Origin: an uncultured Verrucomicrobiae bacterium
GTDB taxonomy: Bacteria; Verrucomicrobiota; Verrucomicrobiia; Chthoniobacterales; JAFAMB01
Length of the DNA stretch: 64,000 nucleotides
Direction: 5' to 3'
Assembly (NCBI GenBank): GCA_963750185.1
Contig: CAVVPV010000028.1
Span: 57,435 to 121,434 of the forward strand
Position numbers and translations under genes: made by a program. Every line of letters begins with the position of its first letter. The first letter of the stretch is position 1. The notes under the pieces are model-generated. The model had not been told where the DNA came from, did not search any database, and saw only the letters and a program-made list of their open reading frames with translations. Positions 17,708 through 27,504 of this stretch are shown here, piece after piece.

Positions 17708-18661
17708 ATGAGGAGAAGTCCACGCAGGATCCGGGTCCGCTACGGGCAATTCGAATTTGTTAAGCTCAATGCCAAGAAGTTCGATTTGCGAGATACATAC
17801 CATTTGATCCTGACCCTGAGCTGGCCTGGGTTCGCCGGCGTAATTTTCGGCATCTATTTTCTCATCAATCTTATATTTGCCGCGTTGTACATGCTGAGGC
17901 CACATGCCATCGCCGAGATGTCGCCCGGCTCGTTTTCCGACGCTTTTTTCTTCAGCGTGGAAACGCTGGCAACTGTCGGCTACGGCCACATGTATCCTGA
18001 AACTTTGTACGGGCACCTGATTGCCATGCTCGAGATTATGACGGGCATGTTTGGGCTGGCAGTGATCACCGGTCTGATTTTTGTGCGCTTCTCTCGTCCC
18101 ACAGCGCGGATTCAATTCAGCAAAGTCGCGGTCATTTCGCTGTTTGATGGAATACCCAATTTGATGATTCGCGTGGCCAACCTCAGGCACCAAGCCATGG
18201 TCGAGCCAGAGTTCCGCATGATCGTACTTCGAAGCACCATCACTGCGGAAGGAGAGGAAATGCGACGCTTTCGTTCCCTCAAGCTCGACTTCGATCGTTT
18301 GATCGCGTTTCCGACCGTATTGACGGTGCGGCACCAGATTGATGAAACAAGTCCACTTTTCGGGATGACTCCGGAAGATTTTCAGCAACAGGACATCCGC
18401 ATCTTCGCATCCATTGTTGGCGTCGACACCGTCATCGTTGCCCCAGTCCAAAGCTTCGGGATCTACAATTCGGAACAGATTGAGTGGAATCGGCGTTTCG
18501 TCGAGATCTATGAGCAGAATGAAGAAGGCGCATGGACGGTCGATTATGCCAGAATCGACGAAACCGAAGGTGTCCCTCCAATTCAGAACCTCGCAAAAGA
18601 TCGGGAGGAACAAGGGGCGGGCCGGAACACGACATTGGGCGATCGCGAAATGGGTGCGTGA
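17708..18661 (+). CDS. Inward-rectifier-type potassium channel (KirBac family)
   Basis: 317 aa. It has two TM helices around the pore helix and the selectivity filter SVETLATVGYGHMYP. A beta-rich cytoplasmic Kir C-terminal domain follows. Confidence 0.9.
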   Translation: MRRSPRRIRVRYGQFEFVKLNAKKFDLRDTYHLILTLSWPGFAGVIFGIYFLINLIFAALYMLRPHAIAEMSPGSFSDAFFFSVETLATVGYGHMYPETLYGHLIAMLEIMTGMFGLAVITGLIFVRFSRPTARIQFSKVAVISLFDGIPNLMIRVANLRHQAMVEPEFRMIVLRSTITAEGEEMRRFRSLKLDFDRLIAFPTVLTVRHQIDETSPLFGMTPEDFQQQDIRIFASIVGVDTVIVAPVQSFGIYNSEQIEWNRRFVEIYEQNEEGAWTVDYARIDETEGVPPIQNLAKDREEQGAGRNTTLGDREMGA

Positions 18662-18673
18662 GACCGCTTAAAC

Positions 18674-18722
18674 AGGAGTTAGAAGTTAGAAGTTAAAAGT
18701 CAGGAGTCAGGAGTCAGGAGTT
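18674..18722. repeat. Heptamer tandem repeat (7 units, ARRAGTY)
   Basis: aggagtt agaagtt agaagtt aaaagtc aggagtc aggagtc aggagtt, immediately after the Kir stop codon. Confidence 0.8.
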
Positions 18723-18851
18723 GCAGAAATCTGGAAGCGCCCTGGCTTGTGGGTTGCTCGTAAGTCGTTCATCGTAGCCATCCACGACAAATTGTGGTCT
18801 GGTGGATTCTAACCGGAAAACAAGAACACTCGTTTAATTCTCCAACTCCCC

Positions 18852-19928
18852 ATGCACTCGATACCGTTTTCAACCGCTAAGCTCGATACCTTGCTCGATG
18901 AGTCTGGCATTGATGTTCTTTTGGTCTCGTCGAAACACAACGTGCAATATCTGTTGGGCGGGTATCGTTATTATTTTTTCGAGCATTTGGACACGATCGG
19001 ACTGGGACGATATCTACCGGTACTCGGATACGTGAAAGGGCGTGTAGATCAATCCTTTTACGTTGGGAGCGGAGACGAGGCTTGGGGCGTCGAAGTTTTT
19101 CCGTTCTGGCCTCAGCGGATTGCAACTGAAGCATGGACTTCGAGTGAGTCGGCGCGAATCGCAGCCGAATATGTAAAATCCCTCGGCGTTACCGCTCCGA
19201 AGATCGGCTTGGAGTTCGAGTTCTGGACGGCCAACGGCTGGGAGACACTGAGGGCTCAACTTCCGGACGCAAATTTTGCGGATTGCACGGAAATCCTGGA
19301 GGAGCTCCGGGCGGCAAAAAGTCCGGAAGAACTCGATCAGTTGCGAAGGGCGGCTGGCTGCATTGTCGACTCAATGCTGGCCACGTTTCAGTGGGTACGG
19401 GAGGGAATGGCAGAGACAGAAATCGTCGAGCATTTGAGGGTTGAAGAAACATCCAGAGGTCTGGACTACGGTTTTACGCTAATTGCCACCGGGCCGACGT
19501 TTGGCAGAGGACCTTCCGGCCGAAAGATTGGGAACGGCGAGATCTTGTCGATAGACACCGGCGGCAATTATCACGGCTATCTGGCCGATATGGCCAGAAT
19601 GGGTGTGCTGGGGGAGCCAACCGCTTTGATGAAAGAGTTGTTGGAGGAAGTATCTTCCGTGCAGGCGGCCGCCCGGGTGCCGATCAGGCCTGGAACTCCG
19701 GGAGGAGGAATCTATGACTCCGCTCTGAAAGCATTGAAGTCTTGTGCCCACCAAAATGACATGCACTTCGTGGCCCACGGTATGGGACTAATCCCGCATG
19801 AGGCACCCCGGCTTACTGCCACCGGCCCGATTCCGTACCCCGATAAGCACGCGAAGAGACCGCTTGAGACCGGTATGGTTTTGTCGATTGAAACCCACGT
19901 GAAACATCCCGAGGTCGGTTTCGTAAAA
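18852..19928 (+). pseudogene. M24 metallopeptidase (Xaa-Pro peptidase/creatinase-like), 5' portion of an interrupted gene
   Basis: Creatinase_N-like N-terminus, then M24 metal-ligand blocks SIDTGGNYHGYLADMAR, HGMGLIPHE and VLSIETHV. Family-like sequence stops after ...EVGFVK at about 19928. The remaining 42 codons of the track ORF do not look like M24. Confidence 0.8.
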
Positions 19929-21432
19929 CTCGTCAGCGCACAGACCGGGGTGCTGTCGGATACCTTGCGCAAGGCGATCAGTGCGGGACGTCTGCCTGCA
20001 GTAAAAAAAACGGAAACGGAGTCGCTTGGGGGGCTTGCGCTCAAGGCTGCGCAGTAGAGCACGTTGTCTCGCAAGTCGCGGCAGGGCAGCGCGAAGCAGA
20101 GAAGCGCGAGGCAGCGAGCACGCTTAGTGATCGTTCACTGGTCGATAGCCAGGCCGAGATGGGTCACGGCACGACGCGCTCCCTAGAGCGGGTGCTGGCC
20201 TCCTGCGGGCTGCTGATCAGTGCGGAGTTGGAGTTTGTGGCAGCCGATGATGTCCCCAATGGCGGGGTGCTTTGCGCGTTGCCGGCCCTTTTGGCCGAAG
20301 GGCTTTTACGCCACACGCGCACCTTTTACAGGCTGCCGCCGGGATTCTACCCATTGGAGTCGATCTTTTTGGCTCTGGCTCTGCTGGCGCTGGTGCGTTG
20401 TCGTTCGCTGGAGCAGAGCCGCTATCTGTCCCCCGGCGAGTGGGGCAAACTGCTCGGACTGGATCGGTTGCCGGAGATCAAAACTATGCGGCGAAAAATC
20501 TCCCAGCTCTGCGCTCAGGACGGTCAGGCAGCCCAGTGGCAGAGCCGCTTGGCCGGGGAGTGGATGGCCGGTGCCAACAGCGAGAGCGTGGGCCTTTTCT
20601 ACGCCGACGGTCATGTGCGTGTCTATCATGGCAGCCTCACCAATCTGCCGCGGCGCTACGTGGCGCGCGAACGGCTCTGCCTGCGGGGGACCACCGATTA
20701 CTGGGTCAATGGCCTGGGTGGCGCACCGTTTTTCGTTCTCACCCAGCAGGTGAACTCTGGCCTCATCGCTGTGTTGCGCCAGAGCATCGTGCCACGGCTT
20801 TTGGCCGAAGCCCCGCAACCTTCCGCTGAAGCGCTGGCCGCCGATCGACTTCTGCCGCGCTTTACCCTCATCTTCGATCGCGAGGGTTATTCGCCAGATT
20901 TTTTCGCTGAACTTAAAGCCCAACGCATCGCTATTCTGACCTACCACAAATACCCCGGCGACAAATGGCCTGTCACTGAGTTCGCCCGCCACTCGGTGCG
21001 GCTGCACAATGGCGAAATCGTCGAATTGGAGTTAGCCGAACGCGGCACCGGCTCACTAATAACCTGTGGGTGCGCGAAGTCCGACGACTAAACCCCAGCG
21101 ATGCGCAGACTTCGATCCTGAGCACCGACATGCGGCTCGATCTGACCCGGATCGCGGCAGAGATCGCGGCGCGGTGGTCGCAAGAAAATTTTCTCAAGTA
21201 TATGCGCGAACACTATGGGCTGGACCGCTTAATAGAATATGGCACCCAGCCTCTTCCTGAGACCCTGGTGGTCGTCAATCCCGCCTGGCGCCGCCTGGAT
21301 CAAAGCGTGCGCCGTGAGCGTGCACGGCTCTATCGGCTTGAGGCTGAGTTCGGCGCCCGCACCTTGCCCGCCCAACCCAGTGCCGAGCAAATCCAGAACT
21401 TCGAGCGCGACGGCGGCCAGTTACGGGAAAAA
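19929..21432 (+). mobile_element. About 1.5-kb insertion carrying a decayed transposase, splitting the M24 gene
   Basis: The M24 reading resumes at 21433 in another frame (MEDTVAVTDSGWEAFGD). Joining the flanks gives ...PEVGFVK|MEDTVAVTDSGWE, a canonical M24 C-terminus. I could not find terminal inverted repeats. Only an A-run is shared at both junctions. Confidence 0.65.
20159..21432 (+). pseudogene. Transposase-like gene with a frameshift near 21050 (family unresolved, IS4-like C-terminal signature)
   Basis: There are two consecutive ORFs (20159-21091 and 21070-21519). The second frame reads back to RLTNNLWVREVRRLNPSD. The C-terminal block AARWSQENFLKYMREHYGLDRL resembles the Y-R-E-K region of IS4-type DDE transposases. 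A related fragment lies at 35902-36328. Confidence 0.6.
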
Positions 21433-21519
21433 ATGGAAGATACGGTTGCTGTGACCGATTCGGGCTGGGAGGCTTTCGGCGACTGGGGGCGAGGCTGGAA
21501 CGTTCCGAAGGAGAATTAG
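21433..21519 (+). pseudogene. M24 metallopeptidase, displaced 3' end
   Basis: MEDTVAVTDSGWEAFGDWGRGWNVPKEN matches the conserved M24 terminal ED.v.VT..G.E motif. It is fused in frame to the transposase ORF. Confidence 0.7.
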
Positions 21520-21557
21520 GGCTTAGATCTCTTTAAAAACTGCAACCGTAGCCGGTC

Positions 21558-21893
21558 TCATTTCCGAGGCATGCGCGAGGCTACCAGGAAGCAGCCGCCT
21601 GCCGCGAGCATTGAGAGCACAGCGATGGTGATCGCAAGGGGCCTGGGTTCTCGCAGTTTTGCGGCCGCCCGCGACCATTGGTCAATGATCAAACCGAATG
21701 TGCCGACGTACATTTGCACATCCCGCTGATACACGCGGGAATCGTATTGCGAAACGAGCGGTTCTTCGTCGTCGGTCCCCGAACCGGCTTGGAGACTCCG
21801 CCAGTAAATGAACTCGCCAACGCCCGTCCCAGTCAGAAGGATGAAAATGCCGATATAATTGAGCAACGAGCGCCGTGATGTTCGTGACCGCAT
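21558..21893 (-). CDS. Hypothetical membrane protein (2 predicted TM helices)
   Basis: 111 aa with hydrophobic stretches LLNYIGIFILLTGTGVGEFIYW and LAITIAVLSMLAAGGCFLVA. No recognisable family. Confidence 0.45.
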   Translation of the reverse strand: MRSRTSRRSLLNYIGIFILLTGTGVGEFIYWRSLQAGSGTDDEEPLVSQYDSRVYQRDVQMYVGTFGLIIDQWSRAAAKLREPRPLAITIAVLSMLAAGGCFLVASRMPRK

Positions 21894-22280
21894 GATAAGC
21901 TGCTCTCAAAATTTTATCCCTCCCGGGCCGAAAGCAAGCCGCTAAGCCTGCTTTCCACCGAAGTCGCCTCCGCAGAGGAGGGCCTTTGGTCGTACGGCAG
22001 AATGAAACGGGATTGACTTCATTCAATAGAATAACCTAAATTATAAGTGTATATATGTGTGTTGCACAACAAGGTTTGATGTCAAATATAAAACTGATAT
22101 AAAGAATGTTATTATCTTGATAAGAATAGTAAACTTCGGGGCCGTAAGCGGCAGAACTCAATCCTGTCCAGGAAGCGTTCTAATAAGGACTAACGGGAAG
22201 ACCTTTGTTTCTGGTTAGGGCTAAATCGTTGGGAGTGCAACCGCAGAAAAGATAGGACCGAGCCGCTCGGGTGCCGGCGA

Positions 22281-22847
22281 GGTAGGGACGCGCTCCGCGC
22301 GTCCGGCGCTGCATGTCTCGACGCTTCTTTTTACTGCTTCTTCTACATACGCGCTGTTGTGCCTTCAGAGAGGAGGCCCTTTTCAATTAGGTTTCACCAC
22401 TCCTGTCCAAGACAGATTCTAAAAAACTACTAGAGAAGGATTTACACAGAAGACCGCAAAGACCGCAAAGATTCGATTCTGGACAGAATCAATCCTCAAC
22501 ATTCTTCGACTCGAATTATAACCCATGGCGACGCCAGCAAAAGTTATTGAGCTTGACTTAGCTGGGTTTCACACCCGGTCCGTGCACGGTTTATGCCTAA
22601 ACTCTTTGCGATCTTTGCGGTCTTTTGTGCAATTGGCTTTTCGTTGCCCATCGAGCCGGATACCAACAAGAGCCTGAGCGGGGTTTTTCTCGAGCAACAA
22701 CCTCCAACGCAAGCCAAACCGCCTAAAATCAGCACTCCTATCTCCAGCTACAATTTATCTTGGACAGCAGTGAGGTTTCACCTTTTCCCAGGTTCGCACC
22801 TTCTTTGGATGCGAGGCCGGACCGCGCGGGAGCGCGTCCCTACCATC
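22281..22847. repeat. Nested inverted-repeat region bounded by REP-variant hairpins
   Basis: Outer pair: ggtagggacgcgctccgcgcgtcc (22281-) versus its reverse complement ending at 22847. Middle pair: cactcctgtccaaga (about 22398) versus cttggacagcagtg (about 22759). Inner pair: gaccgcaaagaccgcaaag (22452-22470) versus ctttgcgatctttgcggtc (22604-22622). Confidence 0.75.
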
Positions 22848-22857
22848 GGCTAGAATA

Positions 22858-23871
22858 TTAGGGTGACGATTTTGCCGGAGCCTCAGGCGGAATAGAGCCC
22901 GTTGTTTTTGCGGCGGCGTGTTTTATGAGGGCAAATATGTCGCTGTCTGTGGAGAGCACGAGCGTGGAATCTTTGGTAAATATTTTGTGATAAATCTCGA
23001 GGGTCTTGACGAAGGCGTAGAACTCGGCGGCTTGCGGATCTTGCGTATAGGCACGGGCGTATATTTCCGAGGCCTTGGCGTCAGACTCGCCCCGAATCTG
23101 CTGGACCTGCCGATAGGCGTTGGACTGAATTTCATTGATATCGCGGTCGCGCTGGCCCGCAATGCGTGCGGATTCACCTTCACCCTCGGAACGAAAGCGC
23201 TGTGCGATCTGGAGTCGCTCGCTAATCATGCGCTGATAGATGCGGTCGAGGACATCGGGATTGTAATTTACTCGCTTGATCCGGAAATCGAGCACGGTGA
23301 TGCCAAACTCTCCCAGTTTTTGCGCGGCGGCTGTTTTGATTTCTTCTTCAATCTTCTGCCGGCCGAAGTTGATCGGTGGAAGGACGCCAAGGGTGCCGGT
23401 GGCACCGCCTTTGAGCGTCTCGTCGCGCATTGGTTGGCGGTTCTTGTCGGTGCGCACGATTTCGATAAGGTCGTGTTTGGCGATTGAGTTGCGTGTTTCG
23501 CTGCCGAGTATGTCTTCGAGGCGCGACTGGGCACTGCGCTCATCGTGCAAACGAACGAAATAGGTCTTCGGGTCTTCAATGCGCCAACGGGCGAATGTGT
23601 CAACGTGGATGTAAGTCTTGTCTCTTGTGGGTATAGCTACCGGAGGGCCGTCCCACTCCAGGAAGCGCTTGTCGAGAACGTTCACGTTTTGCACGAATGG
23701 GATCTTGAAGTGCAGACCCGGCTCTGTGATCGGGTTCCCGACCGATTGCCCAAACTGCGTGACGATCACCTGCTCGGTCTGGTCAACCGTATAGAACGCA
23801 CCGGACAGAACAAGGAACAAGACAACGGCGACCGCGATAAGTGCTGCTAGTATGGCGGTGTTCTTTATCAT
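22858..23871 (-). CDS. hflC: Protease modulator HflC (SPFH/band-7)
   Basis: 337 aa with an N-terminal TM helix, an SPFH domain, and the HflC-type coiled-coil block RMISERLQIAQRFRSEGEGESARI. It overlaps hflK by 4 nt. Confidence 0.88.
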   Translation of the reverse strand: MIKNTAILAALIAVAVVLFLVLSGAFYTVDQTEQVIVTQFGQSVGNPITEPGLHFKIPFVQNVNVLDKRFLEWDGPPVAIPTRDKTYIHVDTFARWRIEDPKTYFVRLHDERSAQSRLEDILGSETRNSIAKHDLIEIVRTDKNRQPMRDETLKGGATGTLGVLPPINFGRQKIEEEIKTAAAQKLGEFGITVLDFRIKRVNYNPDVLDRIYQRMISERLQIAQRFRSEGEGESARIAGQRDRDINEIQSNAYRQVQQIRGESDAKASEIYARAYTQDPQAAEFYAFVKTLEIYHKIFTKDSTLVLSTDSDIFALIKHAAAKTTGSIPPEAPAKSSP

Positions 23872-24857
23872 CGCGGTACCTCTCCGGGTTTGGTCGAGAG
23901 TGGCAGGATCGGAAGCAGTTGCCGCAGCGATTCGTCAACAATGATCTTTTGCCCCGTCTGAGGCAGAATTTGACTCATCGTCTCGAGGTAAAGGCGGGTG
24001 CGGGTGATCTCTGGCGCCTTGATATATTGTTGTAGCACGGCGCCAAAAGCCGCGACGTCGCCCTCGGCCTCGTTGACGCGCTTGAAGCGATAGCCCTCCG
24101 CCTCGCGTATTGACTGGTCGGCTTCACCTTTGGCTTTCGGCACTACCTTGTTGTACTCGCCGTTGGCTATATTGATCGCGTTTTCGCGGTCCTGCTGGGC
24201 TTTGTTTACCTCGTTAAACGAGGCTTGCACCTGACTGGGCGGGTTCACGTTTTTCAACTGCACCTGATCCACGCGAATGCCGAGATGGTACAACTTGGAC
24301 AATTCCTGCATCCGGGCGAGCGCCTCGATCTCAATGTCTTGCCGGCCAACGGTGATCAGTTCGTCCACTGTGCGATCTCCGACCACTTCACGCATTGCGG
24401 CCTCCGACAAATCGCGGAGGGTTTCCGCGGGATTTCGTACTTCGAAAAGATACTGCCTCGGGTCTTCAATGCGATATTGCACGACCCATTCCACAAGTGC
24501 CGCATTCAGGTCGCCGGTGACCATTGACTTTTCCTCATCCGGCTCCTCGCCGGCCTGATCGGGATTCGTGAGCGGGCCCGGCGTGGAAAAGCCGAACTCG
24601 AGCTTCAACTGCCTCCTTGTCGGCAAGACGGTTACCCTGTCGATCCCAAATGGGAGTTTGAAGTGCAACCCCGGTTCGACAGTCGTTAGAAACTTCCCGA
24701 AACGCAGAACCACACCCTCCGAATCGGCTCCCACTGTGTAGTAAGAGGTCAAGCACAGTACCGCGATCAGCAGGACACCGATGAAAAGCAAGGCGATCCG
24801 ACCGACCGACCGGGGATCCAAATTGACGTTGATTGAGCGCGGCGGATAATCAGTCAC
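23868..24857 (-). CDS. hflK: Protease modulator HflK (SPFH/band-7)
   Basis: 329 aa with a TM helix, an SPFH domain, and HflK-typical VNPPSQVQASFNEVNKAQQDRE. Confidence 0.88.
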   Translation of the reverse strand: MTDYPPRSINVNLDPRSVGRIALLFIGVLLIAVLCLTSYYTVGADSEGVVLRFGKFLTTVEPGLHFKLPFGIDRVTVLPTRRQLKLEFGFSTPGPLTNPDQAGEEPDEEKSMVTGDLNAALVEWVVQYRIEDPRQYLFEVRNPAETLRDLSEAAMREVVGDRTVDELITVGRQDIEIEALARMQELSKLYHLGIRVDQVQLKNVNPPSQVQASFNEVNKAQQDRENAINIANGEYNKVVPKAKGEADQSIREAEGYRFKRVNEAEGDVAAFGAVLQQYIKAPEITRTRLYLETMSQILPQTGQKIIVDESLRQLLPILPLSTKPGEVPR

Positions 24858-25458
24858 GGGAGTAACGCTATTGGAAAGGAGCTTCGTCGAGAAGAATAAA
24901 AGCGGGGACGGTCACAAACAAGCGGCTTACCGGTGTGACCTGCAGAAGGCCGACTCCGATCCACAGTCGAGATCAGCATTATTCGTGAGCAATGTAAGGG
25001 CATTCGCTCATCGCTTCCGATCCGGTTCCGAAGAATCCACAAGCTCTTTCGATGTGATTATTCGTGCCAGAAACTCCTATGGTGAGTATTTGTTAAGTCT
25101 ATTCAGTCATAAGAAGGGGAGGGCATATTTGGTTTATACCGCGCTAACCATATACGAAACTCTAGGCTAAGTCCTATTGCCGGTTCCGGGCACAAATTAT
25201 CCCAAACGCCTTATCTTAATGCCGTTCGGGTCAGTAACCGGCTGGGACGATAAAAATGCTGAGGGCGACGAAAACCAATTAATAGCATGCATAGTATTCG
25301 TTGATCTGCTTTGTGACGAATATTTAACACTGAGTATCTTGTGATTTAAAGTTTTGGTTGGAAAGCTTGATTTTGCACCGGTAATCCTCCAAACGCTCGC
25401 CTGACGAGCCAGCGAAGACAGGCAACATCAGGAAAGCAAAGAGAAAGGCACCCCTTCA

Positions 25459-26826
25459 ATGAGCAGCCAAGCATCGCATCGGCACAAGCGCAAACCGCAA
25501 CCGGCGACAGCCCCTCCAGAGGGCAACGCAGATCCCATTCAAACAGGCGGACCTCAATTTGCCGAGACGCCGGCCACGCCGGATCCGAGTCAATTCAGGG
25601 TCAAACACGGTTCAGACAAACAGGCTTACACGATACTCGATAGTCAGAGAGGGGTGCTGGAACCGCGCCCTTTCCCGGTGGTCGAGGGAGTCGCTGAGCC
25701 TTTAGTAACGCTCGAACAGTCATTGGGTGATCGCGGCAAGGATGTGTTGAAATCTATCGTGAGCGCAAAGCAAATCATTTTCCATGCGGTGGGCGACACG
25801 GGGAACACGCGGGGACCAAAGGACCAGGCTGCTGTGGCGGACAAAATGGTGGCGGATTACGATGATCCAGACCCGCGATCGGTTCCGTCTTTTTTCTATC
25901 ACCTTGGCGATGTTGTCTATAGTTTCGGTGAAGCGCAATATTACTACGATCAGTTCTACGATGCATACAGGGACTATCCGGCTCCTATTTTTGCTATTCC
26001 CGGGAACCACGACGGCATGGTTTCGCCCCTGACCTCGACCCCGACTTTGCAAGCGTTTCTGAGTAATTTTTGCACGGCTGGACAGGCTCCGCATCGCACT
26101 CCCGAGGCAGGAGAGCTTGTGCGGACTGCGCAAATCCAGCCAGGGGTCTACTTTACATTGGAGGCCCCATTTGTGCGCATACTTGGCCTCTACAGCAATT
26201 GCCTTGAGGATCCTGGGATAATATCCTCGCAGGGCGATGAATTTCCTTACCTTGGGCAGACGCAGATAGACTTCCTAAAAACCGCGCTAAAACGGGTAAA
26301 GACTGACAAATTTGACGGAGCGGTGATTATAGCGGTCCATCATCCTCCTTTTGTTGCCCAGATTAGCGACAACGGGGATGGATCGCGGAACGTCGGCAGA
26401 CACGGGGGTAGCGCGCGCATGCTGGCGGATATCGACTCGGCTTGCACCGCAGAGGATGTCTGGCCGCACGCGGTGATTTCGGGTCATGCCCACAACTACC
26501 AGCGTTTCACACGCCGACTGGATGGACGCGAAACGCCGTTTATTGTCGCTGGCAATGGTGGCCACGCCGTTGCGCAACTGACGCGTAAGGGTATGCCGAC
26601 GCTCCGCGCCCCGGTAGCGCAGAAAGCACTCTCTAACGGCAAAGATAGTGTGACGTTTGAAAGCTATGACGACCGGGACTTCGGCTACCTGCGAATTCTC
26701 GTTAACGGCGCCCAGTTGCACATCGAGTATCATCCCGCTTCTGACGGCCAGGATGCGAAGACACCTGATGACTTCGTCACTGTAGAACTCGCCTCCCGCA
26801 AGCTGGTGCATTTCGTCACGCACTGA
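25459..26826 (+). CDS. Calcineurin-like metallophosphoesterase
   Basis: The motifs appear in order: GDTGN, GDVVY, GNHD, HHPP, GHAHNYQRF. Confidence 0.85.
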   Translation: MSSQASHRHKRKPQPATAPPEGNADPIQTGGPQFAETPATPDPSQFRVKHGSDKQAYTILDSQRGVLEPRPFPVVEGVAEPLVTLEQSLGDRGKDVLKSIVSAKQIIFHAVGDTGNTRGPKDQAAVADKMVADYDDPDPRSVPSFFYHLGDVVYSFGEAQYYYDQFYDAYRDYPAPIFAIPGNHDGMVSPLTSTPTLQAFLSNFCTAGQAPHRTPEAGELVRTAQIQPGVYFTLEAPFVRILGLYSNCLEDPGIISSQGDEFPYLGQTQIDFLKTALKRVKTDKFDGAVIIAVHHPPFVAQISDNGDGSRNVGRHGGSARMLADIDSACTAEDVWPHAVISGHAHNYQRFTRRLDGRETPFIVAGNGGHAVAQLTRKGMPTLRAPVAQKALSNGKDSVTFESYDDRDFGYLRILVNGAQLHIEYHPASDGQDAKTPDDFVTVELASRKLVHFVTH

Positions 26827-26847
26827 GTCGCAAGATAGAAGAACGTC

Positions 26848-26917
26848 ATGGTAGCCGGTCACGCTCCCGCGTGACCGGCGCCGCACGATGGTAGGGTCAC
26901 GCTCCCGCGTGACCGGG
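26848..26917. repeat. Two tandem REP hairpins (GGTAG-N-GGTCACGCTCCCGCGTGACC), 3' flank of the RAYT gene
   Basis: tggtagccggtcacgctcccgcgtgaccgg and gatggtagggtcacgctcccgcgtgaccggg. Each contains the palindrome ggtcacgc/gcgtgacc. Confidence 0.9.
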
Positions 26918-26934
26918 CCCGCATAGCTCAGGCT

Positions 26935-27333
26935 CTACCACCAAAACCCCGGTTTGAATACCTCACCTGTGTAAGGCCAGTCGCACGCCCTTTGTACAAG
27001 ACCCGCCCGAACCGGATTCTCGATCATATAGGCACGGCGTTCTTCAGCGCTTTCGTCGGAGCGGATGCGATGATGAAACGAAGCCCGTTGCCATCGGCAA
27101 TCCGGCTTGCGCAAGCGTTTTGTAAAAATAGATTTCCAATATTGCACCCAGTCATCAACGTCGGCGTGCAGGCGCCCAGGCCACGCAAAAAAATGTAAAT
27201 GATTTGGCATGACGATGTAGGTTCCGACTTTCCAGTAGGTAGCCTCCGTCCAGATCGTCCGTAGGAGACAATGGTTTGTGTCCGTCGCTAGCCACGGTTT
27301 ATACCCTTTTGTGCAGATGGTAACGAAGACCAA
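26935..27333 (-). CDS. REP-associated tyrosine transposase (RAYT, IS200/IS605-like Y1 HUH enzyme)
   Basis: 132 aa. HUH motif VMPNHLHFF; catalytic-Tyr region RRAYMIENPVRAGLV; N-terminal VFVTICT strand. It starts on TTG, and an in-frame TAA lies 2 codons upstream, so the 5' end may be truncated. Confidence 0.85.
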   Translation of the reverse strand: MVFVTICTKGYKPWLATDTNHCLLRTIWTEATYWKVGTYIVMPNHLHFFAWPGRLHADVDDWVQYWKSIFTKRLRKPDCRWQRASFHHRIRSDESAEERRAYMIENPVRAGLVQRACDWPYTGEVFKPGFWW

Positions 27334-27504
27334 TGTCGGTTAGTGGTCTTTGATCAGAACGCCCTTGTCGGGTCGGTTTCGCTGTGGGAAGGGGCTGTCT
27401 TCATAACACATTATAACTGTGTATAGTTATTTTCGATTAAGTCAACGGCGTAGCTCGAAAGATTGAGTCGCGACGTTGATCAAGCCGGGCCTCGGGGTAT
27501 CACC

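Noticed and set aside
17702-18613. 303-aa ORF antisense to the KirBac gene
   Set aside because: It fully overlaps a gene with an unmistakable TVGYG selectivity filter on the other strand. The antisense translation has no family signature and is rich in Arg/His/Pro. This is typical of shadow ORFs in GC-rich DNA.
17231-18722. CRISPR array hypothesis for the short tandem repeats (also for the hairpin array at 61517-61631 and the REP clusters at 26848-27840)
   Set aside because: The units are 7 nt with no spacers. The hairpins and REPs differ from each other and are not regularly spaced with unique spacers. No cas genes are present.
20220-21007. Three overlapping alternative-frame ORFs (20220-20753 +, 20272-20829 +, 20306-21007 -) inside the transposase region
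   Set aside because: Only the 20159 frame shares conserved blocks (FTLIFDREGYSPDFF etc.) with the independent copy at 36.2 kb. The others are Arg/Ala/Pro-rich shadow frames.
21040-21095. Programmed -1 ribosomal frameshift between the two transposase ORFs
   Set aside because: There is no A-AAA-AAG-type slippery heptamer or downstream structure at the frame junction. The element is otherwise decayed, so a simple indel, or a sequencing error, is more likely.
22593-22853. 86-aa ORF with a signal-peptide-like start (MPKLFAIFAVFCAIGFSL)
   Set aside because: The hydrophobic start is simply the translation of the CTTTGCGATCTTTGCGGTC repeat arm. The rest runs through other repeats and ends in the REP hairpin.
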